From an uncultured Candidatus Actinomarina sp. (GTDB lineage Bacteria > Actinomycetota > Acidimicrobiia > Actinomarinales > Actinomarinaceae): 64,000 nt of DNA. The position numbers were made by a program, and so were the translations under genes. Positions within the stretch are counted from its first letter, which is position 1. The number at the start of each line of letters is the position of its first letter. The stretch covers positions 5,032 to 69,031 of the forward strand of contig CABZMN010000005.1 in the NCBI GenBank assembly GCA_902526825.1, given 5' to 3'. Below the pieces are notes generated by a model that was not told where the DNA came from, ran no database searches, and saw only the letters and a program-made list of their open reading frames with translations. This document shows positions 49,259 to 57,389 of the stretch, piece after piece.

Positions 49259-50530
49259 TTATTTAATAGATAAAACGTTTGAAGATGAAATATTGCCAAA
49301 CCAAGATGCTGATTTATGAGGAATTCGTTCATATGTTTCCTTATTAACCTCTACTAAACCAAAGTTCATTTGATACCCAAGATCCCATTCAAAATTATCT
49401 AACAATGACCAGTACAGATAACCAATTACATTGTTATGTTCAGCTTGAAATCTGTGCACATCCTGTAATACAGTAGTTACAAACTCGATTCTCTCATCGT
49501 CATTGTCTGTTGCTATTCCATTTTCAGTAATAAAAATATCTTTATCAGGAAATATTTTATTTAATCTCCTTAAGTTATATAGAACTGCTTCTGGTCTATA
49601 TTCATACCCCATTTTTGTTGTACGGGTTTCGCTTGTTATTGCACCATTTCTTCCTGCAAAAATTTGAATAATACGAGGTAATATAAATTTTCTCATAAAT
49701 CCAATATTTAAAAGTAAAGAATTAAAAATCTTTAAGAAAATGCTTTTTGGATATCTTACGATTGTATAAGTTTGTAAGCCAATGAAATCGTCATCTATTG
49801 AAGCATCTAAAAATTTATCCTCAAGATGGTATTTTAAATATTCCTTTAATTTATTATTATCTTCATCTTCCCATTCTTGTAAAGCATGGGTCATACCAAC
49901 TTTTGCATTTTGATTATATTTTTTGATTGTCTTTAATGCTTTTTTGTGAGCAGACATAATATTATCTGAAGCTTGTATAAATTTTGTCTCATTAGCTATA
50001 CCTGGAGGGAATTTGTTAGTTGAAAAATATCCAAAAAATGAAAATATCCCTGGCTCATTAATTGTATTAAAAAATTCAATTTCATTTGGTAAGCTCTGCA
50101 TTAATTTTTCAACATAATTATCAAAATAATTATCAGCATTTGGGTTGAGCCAAGAATCTTTCTTGTATAGCCATTCAGGGGTAGTGAAATGATGAAAAGT
50201 AATTATAGGAGTAATACCGTTAGCAATTAATTTTTTTGCTTTTTTTACGTAATGTTTAATTGCGTCAGTATCGTAATTTCCTTCTGAAGGCTCGACCCTG
50301 CTCCATTCTATTGAGTATCTAAAAGCTTTTATACCAAGTTCTTTAAGAAGCTCAATGTCTTGATCAAGCATTTCATAATGCTTACATGCTTCATTACATG
50401 GTTCTATACAAACAGAATTTGGCTTATTTTCCCATATAGTCCAATCATTGTTGTAGATACCACCTTCAACTTGATATGATGCAACAGCAGTTCCAAACAA
50501 AAAATTTTTAGGAAAATTAAGTATAGCCAT
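49259..50530 (-). CDS. glycoside hydrolase family 1 beta-glucosidase
   Basis: 423 aa. FLFGTAVASYQVEGG, acid/base TINEPG, nucleophile ITENG and WSLLDNFEW. Confidence 0.9.
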   Translation of the reverse strand: MAILNFPKNFLFGTAVASYQVEGGIYNNDWTIWENKPNSVCIEPCNEACKHYEMLDQDIELLKELGIKAFRYSIEWSRVEPSEGNYDTDAIKHYVKKAKKLIANGITPIITFHHFTTPEWLYKKDSWLNPNADNYFDNYVEKLMQSLPNEIEFFNTINEPGIFSFFGYFSTNKFPPGIANETKFIQASDNIMSAHKKALKTIKKYNQNAKVGMTHALQEWEDEDNNKLKEYLKYHLEDKFLDASIDDDFIGLQTYTIVRYPKSIFLKIFNSLLLNIGFMRKFILPRIIQIFAGRNGAITSETRTTKMGYEYRPEAVLYNLRRLNKIFPDKDIFITENGIATDNDDERIEFVTTVLQDVHRFQAEHNNVIGYLYWSLLDNFEWDLGYQMNFGLVEVNKETYERIPHKSASWFGNISSSNVLSIK

Positions 50531-50536
50531 CTAGTT

Positions 50537-51955
50537 TTATGGTAACTCTATAAACATAAGATCACCTGATAGCGTACTAATAATAATTTCGTCATTAAAT
50601 AGTATTAAAGATGTTATACCCCATGTGTCACTTACTGGATATAAGCTTACCTCAGCATTTAATATGTTATAAGACATGATTTCTTCTGAAATAAAATCAG
50701 TAAAAAAAATGTTGTAATTGTATTTACTATCAAAATCATCTACAACATCTCCACCAATGATAGCGCTTCTTGGTCCCGGCATATGTGTATATGTAAATTT
50801 AGGAAAATTAGATTCAATTTCAATGAAGTCTTTTAGGTTGTTATATTTTGAATCAGAAACAATGTCAATAGAAAGAGAATAATTATCAACATTATAAATA
50901 TCGGAAGTTTGCATTATTCCTTCGTAAAATGGCCATCCAAAATAAGCTGGAGAATTTTCATATTTTAAAATATTCAATTCTTCATAAACATTCATTCCAA
51001 CGTCAAAGACAATTATTCTATTTTTATACTCAAGTATTCTCCATGGATTCCTAAATCCATAAGCAATAATATTAGACTTAGGCGGTATATCTTTATCAGC
51101 AGTATGGATTATATTTGACGAAACATTAGCATCATCATTCAACAAAATTACTTTGCCAGGAAAAATTGTTGTGTTGATAGGATTAGTATTAAAAATTGCT
51201 GATGAAGAAGCTGCTGTAAAGTCACCAATAGAAGCAATATAATCTTCATAGTACTTAGACCAAATTACACTTCCTGCATAATGAACATCAGCAAGGTTTT
51301 GTTGAGAAAATAATATTTCTGATTTTGTTACATTTGATAATTCTCCCTCGTATGTAAATTTTTCAAATATAAGATTTCTAGAGGAATCGGTGTAAGAAAT
51401 TACATATGTGCTTTCAGTTGGAGAAGCGGCAAAACTTAGTAAACCACCTTCATTATTAATCGATAACATACCAAGTTTGTTAAACAATTCATTTTTCGAT
51501 CCTGTAACAGGATCATATTCAATTAATAAACCCTTTTTAATGGACACATACAATTTATTATTAAATTTAGAAACAGAACTTATTGTATCTTCCCCAAAAG
51601 AAACGACTGATTTAACTCGAGCACCTGTTTTGCACGTAATTTTAACATTAGAAGCATTCATATCAGGGCAATTAGCAAAAGTATGAGTTATATTTAAAAG
51701 GTCACCAAAAGTAGTTTCAGGGACTGTAGTCGTAGTTTCAGGCGCTGTAGTCGTAGTTTCAGGGACTGTAGTCGTAGTTTCAGGCTCTGTAGTCGTAGTT
51801 TCAGGGACTGTAGTCGTAGTTTCAAGCGCTGTAGTCGTAGTTTCAAGCGCTGTAGTCGTAGTTTCAGGGACTGTAGTCGTAGTTTCAGGGACTGTAGTCG
51901 TTGAAGAACTACAAGCTACAAAGATAAAAATACTTAGATACTTTAAATTTTTCAT
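50537..51955 (-). CDS. lipoprotein, PQQ-dependent sugar (sorbosone/glucose) dehydrogenase-like beta-propeller with ETTTTxP repeat linker
   Basis: 472 aa. Lipobox IFVACSSS and nine ETTTT[VAE][PL] repeats. The propeller landmarks GGLLSFAASP, HYAGS...IGDF, GKVILLNDD, AYGFRNPWR and YFGWPFYEG match the soluble PQQ sugar dehydrogenase pattern. Confidence 0.65.
   Translation of the reverse strand: MKNLKYLSIFIFVACSSSTTTVPETTTTVPETTTTALETTTTALETTTTVPETTTTEPETTTTVPETTTTAPETTTTVPETTFGDLLNITHTFANCPDMNASNVKITCKTGARVKSVVSFGEDTISSVSKFNNKLYVSIKKGLLIEYDPVTGSKNELFNKLGMLSINNEGGLLSFAASPTESTYVISYTDSSRNLIFEKFTYEGELSNVTKSEILFSQQNLADVHYAGSVIWSKYYEDYIASIGDFTAASSSAIFNTNPINTTIFPGKVILLNDDANVSSNIIHTADKDIPPKSNIIAYGFRNPWRILEYKNRIIVFDVGMNVYEELNILKYENSPAYFGWPFYEGIMQTSDIYNVDNYSLSIDIVSDSKYNNLKDFIEIESNFPKFTYTHMPGPRSAIIGGDVVDDFDSKYNYNIFFTDFISEEIMSYNILNAEVSLYPVSDTWGITSLILFNDEIIISTLSGDLMFIELP
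51711..51899 (-). repeat. 9 x 21-bp perfect-period in-frame tandem repeat
   Basis: The plus-strand unit is gtagtttcagggactgtagtc. All differences fall in the four positions reading ggga in the commonest unit (variants ggga/ggcg/ggct/agcg), which cover the V/A/E and P/L codons. The flanking 17 nt are identical in all nine units. Confidence 0.95.
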
Positions 51956-51986
51956 AAGTAATTAAAGCATAGAAATAGAAAAATAA

Positions 51987-52352
51987 TTAATCGAAAAGGT
52001 AAATAATATAAGCTATACCGATATAAAAAAGCTGCAAAAGCATTCTTAAGAAATGTTGATAATTTGAAAAATACCGATTTCCGTAAGGTAGGTCATTTAT
52101 CCATACATTTAAATTCCCAATATAAATAACAACAAGGAAAATTATCATCAAAATAGCCGCTTCTTTTCTAAATCTTGTAAAAAAGAATAATGGAAGAATT
52201 ATTTCGATTACACCTGTTGCCAAATGAACAAAACGAGGAAATGGAATAAAATCAGGTACAATTTTGTCGTAAAAAATTGGATTAATAAAATGGTTTATTC
52301 CAGCAACAACGAAAAAACCTACATACCCAAGTGTTATAAACTTTATAACCAA
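51987..52352 (-). CDS. DoxX-like small membrane protein
   Basis: 121 aa with four TM segments. N-terminal GFFVVAGINHFINPIFYDKIVP...ATGVIEIILP resembles DoxX-like family proteins. This is a weak by-eye call. Confidence 0.45.
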   Translation of the reverse strand: MVIKFITLGYVGFFVVAGINHFINPIFYDKIVPDFIPFPRFVHLATGVIEIILPLFFFTRFRKEAAILMIIFLVVIYIGNLNVWINDLPYGNRYFSNYQHFLRMLLQLFYIGIAYIIYLFD

Positions 52353-53806
52353 TTTTTAGATTTTTCTATAGCTTTGTACCACGATTCAAGTGAATTAATT
52401 CTTGTCTCATTACTCATATTAGGATTCCAAGTAATTGAAGACGTTATATAATTACCCATTGATGAAAGTGGTAAATCCATTACATAAAGATAACTAGCTA
52501 CACCAACCCCAAGAGCAGTAATCTCATTAATTTCTTGAGAATGAATAGACTTATTTAGTAAATCTGATTGAAACTGCATTAATAAATTGTTTGCAACCAT
52601 TCCCCCATCAACTTTGAGGCTTTCAAATTGAGTATCAAGATCTTTCTCCATACTTTCAAGTAACTCGTATGTTTGAAATGCTACAGATTCAAGCACCGCT
52701 CTTGCCATATGTGATTTATTTGAAAATCTTGTTAACCCAAATAAAGAACCTCTTGCTGTCTCGTCCCAGTGAGGAGAAAATAATCCAGAGAAAGCAGGTA
52801 CAAAATATACATCACCGTTATCTTTTTCCAGCATCGCTAATGATTCAATATCTTCACTTTTATCGATAATATTTAGATTATCTCTTAACCATTGGACTGC
52901 AGCACCAGCAATTGGAACTGACCCTTCCAATGCAAACATTGGATCTTCTCCTTCTTTTTGGTAAGCAATAGTTGTTAACAAACCATTGTTTGATTTAACA
53001 ATTTCTTTTCCTGTGTTTGTGAGTGCAAAACAACCAGTTCCATATGTATTTTTAACATCACCTTTGTTAATACAGTTTTGTCCGAATAATGCAGCTTGTT
53101 GATCTCCTAAAATGGCAGTAACAGGAACACCAGGTATTATCTCTTTCATCTCTCCAAAATTTGAGAAAGATGGTTTTACCTGTGGTAAAGAGTTGATAGG
53201 TATATTTAATTTTTCTAGTAGATCATTGCACCATTCCATATCATATAAGTCATATAAAAGAGTTCTGGATGCGTTTGTTACATCTGTATAAAAATTTCCG
53301 GTTAAATTATAAATCAACCAACTATCAATCGTTCCAAAACAAACATCATCTTCTAAAGAATTTTTAATATCATGAACATTGCGTATAAGCCATAAAATCT
53401 TAGATAAAGAGAAATAAGTAGCAACAGGTAGTCCGGTTTTTTCAAAAAGACTTGAAAGACTCTTATCAGAAATTAATTCATCACATATATCCTGTGTTCG
53501 TGTATCTTGCCAAACAATAGCGTTATAAAGAGGTTTACCAGTCGATTTACTCCAAGCAACAGTAGTTTCTCGTTGATTTGTTATACCAATACTTTTAATA
53601 CTCTCTATCTCTGTATCTTTTATGACATGTTGAATGCAAGTTTTTACTGTTTCTAATATTTCATTAGCATCGTGTTCAACTGATTTATTATCTGGAAAAA
53701 TCTGTTTAAATTCAACTTGATGAGTTCCCATTATGTTACTATCTTGATCGAACAAGATACACCGTGTACTGGTTGTTCCTTGATCAATTGATAAAAAATA
53801 ATCCAT
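52343..53806 (-). CDS. glpK: glycerol kinase
   Basis: 487 aa with LSIDQGTTSTRCILFD, GITNQRETTVAW, GDQQAALFGQ and DGGMVANNLLMQFQSD. Confidence 0.95.
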   Translation of the reverse strand: MDYFLSIDQGTTSTRCILFDQDSNIMGTHQVEFKQIFPDNKSVEHDANEILETVKTCIQHVIKDTEIESIKSIGITNQRETTVAWSKSTGKPLYNAIVWQDTRTQDICDELISDKSLSSLFEKTGLPVATYFSLSKILWLIRNVHDIKNSLEDDVCFGTIDSWLIYNLTGNFYTDVTNASRTLLYDLYDMEWCNDLLEKLNIPINSLPQVKPSFSNFGEMKEIIPGVPVTAILGDQQAALFGQNCINKGDVKNTYGTGCFALTNTGKEIVKSNNGLLTTIAYQKEGEDPMFALEGSVPIAGAAVQWLRDNLNIIDKSEDIESLAMLEKDNGDVYFVPAFSGLFSPHWDETARGSLFGLTRFSNKSHMARAVLESVAFQTYELLESMEKDLDTQFESLKVDGGMVANNLLMQFQSDLLNKSIHSQEINEITALGVGVASYLYVMDLPLSSMGNYITSSITWNPNMSNETRINSLESWYKAIEKSKNWL

Positions 53807-53827
53807 AATTAAATAATATAAAAAATG

Positions 53828-54352
53828 TTATGAGTACGCGTCTATATTTATCAATTTAACACTTCTGTAAGTATCGCTGTCGTCTTGAATAATTCTCAAA
53901 TATTCAATGTCTATATTTTCTTCAAATTCAATATATATAGATTCATTAATACACGTAAAGGTTTTTGAAATGATAGTTATTGGATCTTGATAATCAACTC
54001 GAGAGTAATTTTCACTTTCTATTTCGTTTGTGACCTTTAAACCACTACTCACATCAACATCTTGAATTCTTAAACGAACAAACCTGTTAAATGAAGGAAG
54101 TGAGCCAAATATATATATTTCTTCAAATTTACATAACTTGTCATCTGGAGTTGTATAGGTATCAATAATTTCTATTTCTAATTCACGAATATTAAAAATA
54201 TTTAAATTGACTTTCGTCTCATTGTATTTTTCCAACTCATAAACTCCAAGTTGAACACGTTCAGACTGTTGTGGTCTAATAAATAAAAATGTATACAAAA
54301 GAAAAAAAATATAAACACAAAAAAGAATATATTTAGGGGGTTTGTATTTCAC
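53828..54352 (-). CDS. hypothetical membrane-anchored protein
   Basis: 174 aa. Single N-terminal TM segment (ILFCVYIFFLLYTFLFI) and an acidic beta-rich ectodomain. Start shares 1 nt with the stop of the upstream ORF. Confidence 0.45.
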   Translation of the reverse strand: MKYKPPKYILFCVYIFFLLYTFLFIRPQQSERVQLGVYELEKYNETKVNLNIFNIRELEIEIIDTYTTPDDKLCKFEEIYIFGSLPSFNRFVRLRIQDVDVSSGLKVTNEIESENYSRVDYQDPITIISKTFTCINESIYIEFEENIDIEYLRIIQDDSDTYRSVKLINIDAYS

Positions 54353-54612
54353 TAAATACCTAAGACAGCACCAAATGGACCAATTACGGTACCTACAATT
54401 GCACCGTAAAGAAACCCATATATAAGTCCTTTTCTTAGATATTTAATAGTTTCAATTTTGAATAGTTCTTCACCAAACTCAGATATTTTAAATGTTTTTC
54501 GATATTTATCATTAAAAATATGTTTCATAACTGGATATAAATAGAAAAGTGCACCAACACCTATGCCTGATAGGAATCCTTGTGCTATTCTTTCTGAAAC
54601 TATTGTCAACAT
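54352..54612 (-). CDS. hypothetical small membrane protein (Gly-zipper-like)
   Basis: 86 aa. Two hydrophobic Gly-rich segments (GFLSGIGVGALFYL; GFLYGAIVGTVIGPFGAVLGI). Confidence 0.4.
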   Translation of the reverse strand: MLTIVSERIAQGFLSGIGVGALFYLYPVMKHIFNDKYRKTFKISEFGEELFKIETIKYLRKGLIYGFLYGAIVGTVIGPFGAVLGI

Positions 54613-54670
54613 TATTAAAAATCTAGTTGTATTATCAAATAAACAAGAACGATTTCAAAAATTTTTTTTT

Positions 54671-55417
54671 ATGGACATTACACAAGACACTAACACGGTA
54701 TATTTATTTCTTTTTGGGGTTTCAATTCTTGCCTCGTTTATAGACTCAATTGCAGGGGGGGGGGGGTTATTAACTACACCATCAATGTTGTTGGTAGGAA
54801 TAAATCCATTGACTGTGTTGGGTACAAATAAATTTCAATCCTCATTTAGTACTTTTACATCATCAAGTAATTACTACGTTAATGGATATCTAACAGATAT
54901 AAATAAAAATAAATATTTTATCTTGTCTTTTATTGGATCATCAGCTGGAACGCTAATGGTTAGTAGGCTTTCAGATGACATATTAAGAACATTGATTCCA
55001 ATCCTATTAATATTAGTTTCTATATTTTTTGTCCTTAATAGACAGGTCAAAACAGACTTAAGTAATTATATAGTTTTATTAACACCATTAATTTTTCTTA
55101 TTGGTTTTTATGATGGTTTTTTTGGTCCGGGAACAGGCTCATTTTTTGTAATGTTATTTCTTTTTTTTAAAAATCAAACTTTACTTGAATCAACAGCGAC
55201 CTCAAAATTATTGAACTTTGCTTCTAACTTTGCTGCATTTGTCATCTTTGCGGTGCAAGGTTACGTGATCTGGGAACTTGGATTAATTATGGCCGTAGGT
55301 GGAATTAGTGGTGCTTATTTAGGTTCAAAATCTGCAATAAAGATTGGTGATAAATTAATTAGACCGATACTTGTTATTGTGTCAATTTTGTTATCTCTTA
55401 GAATCTTAACTAGCTAG
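54671..55417 (+). CDS. TauE/SafE (DUF81) family anion permease
   Basis: Starts at ATG 54671 (MDITQDT...). Duplicated halves each carry a Gly-rich motif (SIAGGGGLLTTP; FFGPGTGSFF) and there are about 7-8 TM segments. The track ORF start at 54563 lies inside the divergent neighbour. Confidence 0.8.
   Translation: MDITQDTNTVYLFLFGVSILASFIDSIAGGGGLLTTPSMLLVGINPLTVLGTNKFQSSFSTFTSSSNYYVNGYLTDINKNKYFILSFIGSSAGTLMVSRLSDDILRTLIPILLILVSIFFVLNRQVKTDLSNYIVLLTPLIFLIGFYDGFFGPGTGSFFVMLFLFFKNQTLLESTATSKLLNFASNFAAFVIFAVQGYVIWELGLIMAVGGISGAYLGSKSAIKIGDKLIRPILVIVSILLSLRILTS
54755..54766 (+). repeat. G12 homopolymer inside the permease CDS
   Basis: Twelve consecutive G encode GGGG with four GGG codons. Glycines elsewhere in the window are mostly GGT/GGA. 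Confidence 0.95.
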
Positions 55418-56359
55418 TTCTACAGCTTTCCTAATGACTTCAATATCGTTTTCTCTTTTATTTTTATCTAAATCAAGCAGCTGTAAATATACAGATTGAA
55501 TACCAGCATCCCTCCACATCCCAATTGTTTCAGCGATTTCTTCAGGAGTACCGTATAAATAACTTCTATCTTTCCAATTCTTAGCAATTTCATCTTTAGG
55601 TTGGATGAGAGATTTAGCAGCATCAACTAAAGATTGATCAACTTCATCTTTAGTAAATCCAACAACAGGTGGACAGGCAGTCGAGACTTCAAGTTTTTCT
55701 ACATCTCTATTATTTTGACTAGCCACATCATAGAAAAGGGCAATATTGTTTTTTAATACATCTTCAGGTCCTGCATAGATATTAAATTCATCAGCATATT
55801 TACCAGCAAGTGTAGGAGTTTTCTTTTTTCCACCACCACCAATAATTATTGGGACTTCATCTTTAGCGCTTGGAAGTATTGGAACATTATCAAGTTGATA
55901 ATATTTACCATCCATCCCGTAATTTTCTCCATACATTCCTTGCGTAATATACTCAAGTGCTTCTTCTAACATTTCAAACCTTGTTTTAAGATCGGGAAAA
56001 TTGATACCGAATACTTCGTGTTCAATTTCTAACCAACCAGTGCCTACACCTAATCTGAATCTTTTTTTAGCCATTTCATTTATAGTCGTAGCCATTTTAA
56101 GAAGAACACTTGGGTGTCTAAAGGTAATTGGAGATACTAATACGGAATATATCATTGATTCTGTATCGCGTACTAAGCCAGCAATTGCGGTTAATAAATC
56201 TAATGCTGGTGCTGAGTCATCTTTATCTTTTCGTTGCTTACCCACGATGTAATGATCTGGTAATCCGATACGTTCTATGTTGTTACTTTCGCACCATGTT
56301 GATAAATCCAGTAATGTTTGATAGCTACCTCTTGCCTGTAAGTAAATCTGCATAAACAT
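55406..56359 (-). CDS. LLM-class (luciferase-like) F420-dependent oxidoreductase
   Basis: 317 aa. PDHY, RFRLGVGTGW and PIIIGGGGKKKT. Paralogous in pattern to 38837..39778. Confidence 0.8.
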   Translation of the reverse strand: MFMQIYLQARGSYQTLLDLSTWCESNNIERIGLPDHYIVGKQRKDKDDSAPALDLLTAIAGLVRDTESMIYSVLVSPITFRHPSVLLKMATTINEMAKKRFRLGVGTGWLEIEHEVFGINFPDLKTRFEMLEEALEYITQGMYGENYGMDGKYYQLDNVPILPSAKDEVPIIIGGGGKKKTPTLAGKYADEFNIYAGPEDVLKNNIALFYDVASQNNRDVEKLEVSTACPPVVGFTKDEVDQSLVDAAKSLIQPKDEIAKNWKDRSYLYGTPEEIAETIGMWRDAGIQSVYLQLLDLDKNKRENDIEVIRKAVELAS

Positions 56360-56424
56360 ATGTTATCACTATGATTTATGTTTTAAATTTGAACCTCAAG
56401 ATAGCTTGAATCTACAATGTAGCT

Positions 56425-57255
56425 ATGAAAAGAATATACACCTATGGTCATGAACAGGTTCAAAGAAATATAACTATTGGGGACATCATAGAAAATAAAA
56501 CGAATGGTTTAAAAATGACACAGGTGACTGCACAAAATAAAGAAGAAGCAGAGATCCTATCTGACCAAAATATTGACATGATTATCACTGGAAGTGATTC
56601 ATATGAGGATGTAAGAAGTGGTGCTCCAAATACATTCATTACAGCAGCTTTATTTGCAGGAAGATTCATAACAAAAGAAGATATTTTAAAAGGTGCAATT
56701 GAAGTAGCAATGAAAGGTGCTGATTCAGTATTAACACCACGTAGTCTAGAAATAGTTGAGATGTTAGCAAATGAAGGTATGCATGTACAAGGTCATGTAG
56801 GTATGGTTCCATCAAACGCTACAAAATTTGGTGGAATAAGGACTGTTGGGAAAACAGTAGATGAAGCACTTAAAATACTACAAGATTTAAAAGATCTTGA
56901 GAATGCAGGAGCATTTGGAGCTGAAGTTGAATGTGTTGCAGAAAACGCTTTGATTGAAATTAGTAAACATACAGATCTTGTATTAAATTCACTTGGTTCA
57001 GGTTCTGGTGGTGATGTTATATTTTTATTCTTTGAAGACATTGTTGGTGAAACAAAAAATATAAAGATGCCTAGACATGCCAAATCATGGGGTGATGGGA
57101 ATAAAATTTTAAATGAACTAAATCAAGAAAGAAATAAAGCAATCAATGCATTTAAGAAAGATGTAGAAAATAGTAAATACCCAAATTCTAAACACACTAT
57201 ATCTATGGATGATGGTGAATTAGATAAGTTAATTATTGAGCTAAATAAAGAATGA
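56425..57255 (+). CDS. PanB (ketopantoate hydroxymethyltransferase)-fold protein, divergent
   Basis: 276 aa. Aligns by eye to E. coli PanB: IDMIITGSDS / VMLVGDS, VRSGAPNTFI / VRRGAPNCLL, VQGHVGMVPS / VCGHLGLTPQS, AGAFGAEVECVA / AGAQLLVLECVP. The ADLPF Asp and the K-I-E-G-G residues are replaced (AALF; LTPRS). Confidence 0.6.
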   Translation: MKRIYTYGHEQVQRNITIGDIIENKTNGLKMTQVTAQNKEEAEILSDQNIDMIITGSDSYEDVRSGAPNTFITAALFAGRFITKEDILKGAIEVAMKGADSVLTPRSLEIVEMLANEGMHVQGHVGMVPSNATKFGGIRTVGKTVDEALKILQDLKDLENAGAFGAEVECVAENALIEISKHTDLVLNSLGSGSGGDVIFLFFEDIVGETKNIKMPRHAKSWGDGNKILNELNQERNKAINAFKKDVENSKYPNSKHTISMDDGELDKLIIELNKE

Positions 57256-57389
57256 GCACAATCCTAAAAAAATTCTTTTTATTATTTGGATTTCACAAAT
57301 CATACGGAAGACTCTGGTTTTCAAAACGATTTGAAAAAATAATTTGGGGGTCATTTATTGTTTTAGCATTTTATAGATACTTTAACTAA
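57252..57389 (+). CDS. unannotated 45-codon small ORF (hydrophobic/basic peptide)
   Basis: Encodes MSTILKKFFLLFGFHKSYGRLWFSKRFEKIIWGSFIVLAFYRYFN. Its ATG overlaps the PanB-like stop (ATGA) and its TAA overlaps the GGT start (TAATG), so it fills the 133-nt gap exactly. It is below the 60-aa cutoff of the ORF track. Confidence 0.4.
   Translation: MSTILKKFFLLFGFHKSYGRLWFSKRFEKIIWGSFIVLAFYRYFN

Noticed and set aside
51711-51899. A regular 21-bp repeat array that could be mistaken for a CRISPR-like or minisatellite non-coding element.
   Set aside because: The units are directly adjacent with no spacers. They lie in frame inside a long ORF and encode the ETTTTxP linker. No cas genes are present anywhere in the window.
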